Shown: positions 58,154-64,000 of the stretch, one piece after another | Layout: every line of letters begins with the position of its first letter | Position numbering within the stretch: position 1 is the first letter of the stretch | Origin: Symbiobacterium sp. | GTDB lineage: Bacteria; Bacillota; Sulfobacillia; Symbiobacteriales; Symbiobacteriaceae | Length of the DNA stretch: 64,000 bases | Direction of reading: 5' to 3' | NCBI RefSeq assembly: GCF_040797425.1 | Contig: NZ_JBFNEH010000002.1 | Span: 3,341 to 67,340 of the forward strand | Program-made: the position numbers and the translations under genes | The notes under the pieces: model-generated | What the model was told of the DNA's origin: nothing | Databases searched by the model: none | Seen by the model: the letters and a program-made list of their open reading frames with translations, nothing else

Positions 58154-59332
58154 GTGGCTGCACGCCGAAAGGTGATGACGATCTTTGGCTCCCGGCCGGA
58201 GGGCATCAAGATGGCGCCGGTGATTCAGGAGCTCCGCCGCCACCCCGACTGGTTCGAGACGGTGGTGGTCTCCACCGGACAGCACCGGGAGCAGCTCGAC
58301 CAGGTGTTCACGGCGTTCGGGTTTGAGGCCGACCGCGACCTGGCGATCATGCAGCCGCGGCAGACGCTGACCGACATCATGGTGCGGGCCCTCTCGGGCC
58401 TGGATGCGCTGCTGGCGGAGGAGCGCCCGGACCTGGTGCTGGTCCACGGAGACACCAGCACCACCGCCGCCGGCGCGCTGGCGGCTTTCTACCATAAGAT
58501 TCCCGTCGGCCACGTGGAGGCGGGGCTGCGCACCTTCGACAAGTACAACCCGTACCCCGAGGAGATTAACCGGCGCATCGCGGGGATTATCGCCGACATT
58601 CAGTTCGCGCCCACGCCCCGGGCCCGGGAGCACCTGATCGCCGAGCACATTGACCCCGAGACCATCTTCGTCACCGGGCAGACGGGGGTGGACGCCGCCC
58701 TGACGGTGCTAAGCCAGCCGCACACCTTCAGCGTGCCGGCCCTGCGGGACATCGACTTCGACCGGTACCGGGTGGTGGTGATGACGGCCCACCGGCGGGA
58801 GAACCTGGGCGAGCCGATGCGCAACATGTTCCGGGCGGTGCGCGACCTGGTGGACCGGTTCCCCGACGTGCTCCTGGTCTACGCCGTGCACCTCAACCCG
58901 GCGGTGCGGGAACTGGCCTGGCCGATCCTGGGCGGCCACCCGCGCATTCTGCTCCTCGACCCGCTGCCGTACCCTGACATGATCCACCTCGCCGCCCGCT
59001 CCTACATGGCGATGACCGACTCCGGCGGCATCCAGGAGGAGACGCCGTCGATGGGCGTGCCTCACGTGCTGATGCGGGAGACCACCGAGCGGCCCGAGGC
59101 GCTGGAGGCCGGGGTGATCCTGCTCTCCGGCACCAGCTACGAGGGCGTCTACGCTGCCGGGGAGCGGCTGCTGACGGACCGGGCGCTCTACCAGCGGATG
59201 GCCCGGGCCCAGAACCCCTTCGGCGACGGCCGGGCGAGCCGGCGCATCGCCGAGTACCTGGGCTGGCGCTTCGGCTTTCTGCCGGAGAAGCCGGCGCCGT
59301 TTGACCCGCACCGGCCCCGGGCGGAGGGCTGA
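58154..59332 (+). CDS. mnaA: UDP-N-acetylglucosamine 2-epimerase (non-hydrolysing)
   Basis: IFGSRPEGIKMAPV, GHVEAGLRT, TDSGGIQEE. GTG start lies 7 nt after GGAGG. Confidence 0.92.
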   Translation: MAARRKVMTIFGSRPEGIKMAPVIQELRRHPDWFETVVVSTGQHREQLDQVFTAFGFEADRDLAIMQPRQTLTDIMVRALSGLDALLAEERPDLVLVHGDTSTTAAGALAAFYHKIPVGHVEAGLRTFDKYNPYPEEINRRIAGIIADIQFAPTPRAREHLIAEHIDPETIFVTGQTGVDAALTVLSQPHTFSVPALRDIDFDRYRVVVMTAHRRENLGEPMRNMFRAVRDLVDRFPDVLLVYAVHLNPAVRELAWPILGGHPRILLLDPLPYPDMIHLAARSYMAMTDSGGIQEETPSMGVPHVLMRETTERPEALEAGVILLSGTSYEGVYAAGERLLTDRALYQRMARAQNPFGDGRASRRIAEYLGWRFGFLPEKPAPFDPHRPRAEG

Positions 59333-59445
59333 GCGGCGGGGCGTGGCGACGGGTCCGTCAAAAGGGCTACTCCTTATGCCCTGGTGTTATCGTGACCCTA
59401 AACACTTGGAATAGTAGCGACAAAGGCACTACAGACCTTTTTTCC

Positions 59446-59474
59446 TTGTCTTTTCTAGGGGCCTTTAGTATAAT
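59446..59474 (+). promoter_or_regulatory. Sigma-A promoter of the atp operon
   Basis: TTGTCT-17 nt-TATAAT in an AT-rich patch just upstream of atpZ. Confidence 0.6.
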
Positions 59475-59522
59475 CCGCTTTGGGGATTTTAGCGGATGGT
59501 AGCGGAGGAGGGAGCGCCCAGG

Positions 59523-59789
59523 GTGTCACGCAGGTCCCGGCGCCCGTCACCGTACTTCCTCGTGGCCTTTGATTTCGGCTATACGCTGCTGGCCGCTGTG
59601 GTCCTGTTTGGCGGCCTCGGCTGGTGGCTGGACGGCCGGGTGGGCACCGCTCCGCTCTTTCTGATTGCCGGAATCCTCCTCGGACTGGCTGTCGCGTTCA
59701 GCAGCCTGCTCCGGCGGTTGAACGCCATGGCGAAGGCGGAGCAGGCGCAAGCAGATCGGGACACACCAGGGGACGAGGCTCGGCCCTGA
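59523..59789 (+). CDS. atpZ: AtpZ/AtpI-family small membrane protein
   Basis: Two TM helices FDFGYTLLAAVVLFGGLGWWLD and LFLIAGILLGLAVAF. GTG 59523 follows GGAGGAGGGAG; the tracked ORF starts at ATG 59496. Confidence 0.6.
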   Translation: MSRRSRRPSPYFLVAFDFGYTLLAAVVLFGGLGWWLDGRVGTAPLFLIAGILLGLAVAFSSLLRRLNAMAKAEQAQADRDTPGDEARP

Positions 59790-59812
59790 CCCCGCCGAGG
59801 GGGCGGGTCCAC

Positions 59813-60103
59813 GTGGCATGGAACCTCCTGCTTGGTATTCTGTACGGCTCCTTGTGGGGCATCATCGGCAATCTGCTCCTGTTCCGCAAAATGGCCAACA
59901 ACCGCACAGCGGGTTACGATTCACTGCGCGGCATTGGCATTGTTTTTTTTGTTCGCTACCTGGTCGACGCCCTCGCACTGGTCATGTTCTACCTCATGCT
60001 GCGAAGCGGGGAGGCCCTGGTGGCCGCCGGACTGTCGATCACGGTAGCGGCGCAGGTTTCGCTCTTCGCCGTTTACGCGCGGAAGGGGGGGAAGTTTGAG
60101 TGA
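59813..60103 (+). CDS. atpI: ATP synthase subunit I
   Basis: Hydrophobic 96-aa product ([22 protein letters not shown] ... ALVMFYLML ... [13 protein letters not shown]) immediately before atpB. GTG start is 9 nt after GAGGGGG. The start is uncertain. Confidence 0.6.
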   Translation: MAWNLLLGILYGSLWGIIGNLLLFRKMANNRTAGYDSLRGIGIVFFVRYLVDALALVMFYLMLRSGEALVAAGLSITVAAQVSLFAVYARKGGKFE

Positions 60104-60891
60104 CGACGCTCCTGTTCAGCCTGGCCGCCACCGGTGGGGAGCGCGAGTTCCACATCCACCAGCCGCAGAAGCTTGGTTGGCTGGAGGATGTACTCGGCGG
60201 ATACTTCGAGATCAACAATATGATCATCACGCAGTGGGTGATCATTGCGGTTCTCCTGATTGTGGCTTTCGTGATCAACCGGGCGGTGCTGACCGGCCGC
60301 AATACCCGATTGCGCGGCGCCATGGAGCTGCTGCTGGACTTCCTGGAGGGCTGGTACGCGTCCTTCATCGGCAGCCGTCAGTACGCGCGCCAGTACATGC
60401 CGCTGCTGGGCACGCTGTTCCTGTTCATCATCACGTCGAACTACCTGGGCATCGTGCCCACCGTCGGCTACGGCCTCTTCGCCCCCACGGGGCGCTGGGG
60501 CACCACGCTCGGCCTCGCCATCGTGGTGGCCATCGCCGTGCAGGTCATCGCCATCCGAAACCTCGGCGGCTGGGGGTGGGTGAAGCACCTGCTCCACCTC
60601 GGTCCCCTGTCGATCCTCGAGGAGTTCGTGCGCCCGTTCTCGCTGTCGCTCCGTCTCTTCGGCAACATCTTCGGTGAGGAGACGCTGCTGGCCGTGATCG
60701 TCTTCCTGGTGCCGATGCTCGCACCCATTCCCATCTACCTGCTCAGCCTGATCTTCGGCGCCATTCAGGCCATCGTCTTCACCACGCTGACCGCCATCTA
60801 CATCGGCGGCGTGCTGGAGGCTCATGGCGCCCACGGCCACGAGCATACGCCGGAGGGCGAGGCGCATCCGCAGCCTGCTCCCGCACAGTAA
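60100..60891 (+). CDS. atpB: F0F1 ATP synthase subunit a
   Basis: Essential Arg context [13 protein letters not shown] and multiple TM helices. GTGA overlap with atpI. Unusual His-rich C-terminal tail. Confidence 0.92.
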   Translation: MTTLLFSLAATGGEREFHIHQPQKLGWLEDVLGGYFEINNMIITQWVIIAVLLIVAFVINRAVLTGRNTRLRGAMELLLDFLEGWYASFIGSRQYARQYMPLLGTLFLFIITSNYLGIVPTVGYGLFAPTGRWGTTLGLAIVVAIAVQVIAIRNLGGWGWVKHLLHLGPLSILEEFVRPFSLSLRLFGNIFGEETLLAVIVFLVPMLAPIPIYLLSLIFGAIQAIVFTTLTAIYIGGVLEAHGAHGHEHTPEGEAHPQPAPAQ

Positions 60892-61100
60892 GGCGCCGGA
60901 TGGGCCCGGTCCTGCCCGCCGTGGCAGCGCTGAGCACAGTCCCGGGCTGCGTGCGGCTGGGCAGTGTCGTGAAAGATTTCGCTTTCCTCCCCCTCTAGGG
61001 AAGGCGCTCCCTTCCTTTGCCTCTGGGAGGATTGACTAAGAGGGCGCTCTGGCCCGCAGCTTGAAGACACTCTCTCGTTAGAAGGAGGGGAACCCGCATC

Positions 61101-61343
61101 ATGACTCCGGTTGCATGGCTCGCTTTGGCCGCCGCCGTCAGCATCGCGATCTGCGCGATCCCCGCGGCGATGGCTCAGGGTAAGGCGACCGCCGCCGCGA
61201 TGGACGCCATCTGGCGGCAGCCCGAGGCCGCCGGCGACGTCCGTGGCTCGCTGCTCGTCTCCCTGGCCCTGATGGAAGCCATCGCTATCTACGGTCTGCT
61301 GACCGCCATCCTGATCATCTTCATCCTTGGCGGCAAGCTCTAG
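61101..61343 (+). CDS. atpE: F0F1 ATP synthase subunit c
   Basis: RQPEA loop and carboxylate helix LALMEAIAIYGLL. 80 aa, GAAGGAGGGG RBS. Confidence 0.92.
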   Translation: MTPVAWLALAAAVSIAICAIPAAMAQGKATAAAMDAIWRQPEAAGDVRGSLLVSLALMEAIAIYGLLTAILIIFILGGKL

Positions 61344-61412
61344 GCTCGAAGTGGGGCGACCCGGGGCTAGTCACCTCTGGTCGCCCCCTACTAGAGAGGG
61401 GGGGAACCCTTT

Positions 61413-61939
61413 TTGGACCTCTTCTTGTTGACGCTCGCAGAGAGCGGGACCATTAACATCTTCCCCGAGCCAAACGAACTGATCTGGACGATCATTGACT
61501 TCACCATCCTCCTGGTGGGCATGTACTTGCTCCTGTACAAGCCGCTACTGGGCGCCGTTCAGGCTCGCGAGGATGAGATCAACAACAACCTCAAGAAGGC
61601 GGCCGAGGACCGCGCGGAGGCCGAGCGCCTGCGCCGCGAGTTCGAGGCTCAGATGGCCAACGCCCAGCGTGAGGCGCAGGAGATTATCAACAAGGCCGTG
61701 AAGAACGCCACGGCCGTCAAGGAGCAGATCGAGGCCGACGCTCGGGCCAGGGCGGCGGAACTCCTGGAGAACGCCACCAAGACCATTGAGCGGGAGAAGG
61801 CGAAGGCCCTGTCGGAGCTGCGGCTGGAGGTGGCCAACCTCGCGGTGGCGGTGGCTGGCAAGGTGATCGAGAAGAACCTCGACACCGAGGAGCAGCGGCG
61901 GCTCGCCGATAGCTTCGTGGCAGAGGTGACGAAGCACTG

Positions 61940-61940
<1 letters not shown>
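61413..61940 (+). CDS. atpF: F0F1 ATP synthase subunit b
   Basis: Single N-terminal TM helix, then a long charged Ala/Glu/Lys/Arg helix. TTG start follows GAGAGGGGGGG. Confidence 0.85.

Positions 61941-64000
<2,060 letters not shown>

Noticed and set aside
61101-61343. Possible Na+-coupled c subunit, because a Gln precedes the loop (AQG) as in Ilyobacter.
   Set aside because: The residues after the carboxylate are Ala-Ile (MEAIAIY) instead of Ser-Thr. The Na+ signature is therefore incomplete, and H+-coupled c subunits also carry this Gln.

Overview
This is a GC-rich chromosomal segment; third codon positions are mostly G/C, and the many long antisense 'shadow' ORFs in the track are artefacts of that. 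Gene content and order suggest a high-GC Firmicute such as Symbiobacterium, Thermaerobacter or Limnochorda. That is a guess I cannot verify without a database search.

The backbone follows the Bacillus subtilis rpoE-to-atp chromosome segment: rpoE-pyrG ... tal-glpX ... rpmE-DUF1385-prfA-prmC-tsaC(sua5)-ywlE-rpiB-ywlG-upp-comEB-tagO-mnaA-atpZ/I-B-E-F-H-A.

Several accessory blocks interrupt that backbone:
1. A lysine-fermentation operon (kdd-kamA-P-loop protein-kamD-kamE). It sits behind a textbook sigma-54 -24/-12 promoter and next to a PAS/AAA+ enhancer-binding protein.
2. A cell-surface island of about 22 kb. It holds four giant SLH-anchored Ig-repeat proteins in two convergent tandem pairs, followed by an orphan protein, CtpA, an SLH protein and a tripeptidyl-peptidase-II-like S8 protease.
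3. The two missing lysine-pathway genes (kal-kce), which abut the protease gene about 28 kb from the rest of the pathway.
4. Two penicillin-acylase paralogues in the slot where Bacillus carries rho. One of them has lost its Ser nucleophile.

Other notable items are a cluster of DnaA-box-like 9-mers in an unassigned convergent spacer, a heptad-repeat protein with a perfect 42-bp tandem duplication, a receiver-less LuxR regulator, and an ATP synthase c subunit whose glycine packing motif is replaced by Pro/Ala.

I saw no rRNA, tRNA, CRISPR array, transposase or integrase. All functional calls rest on motifs read from the translations, not on database searches.
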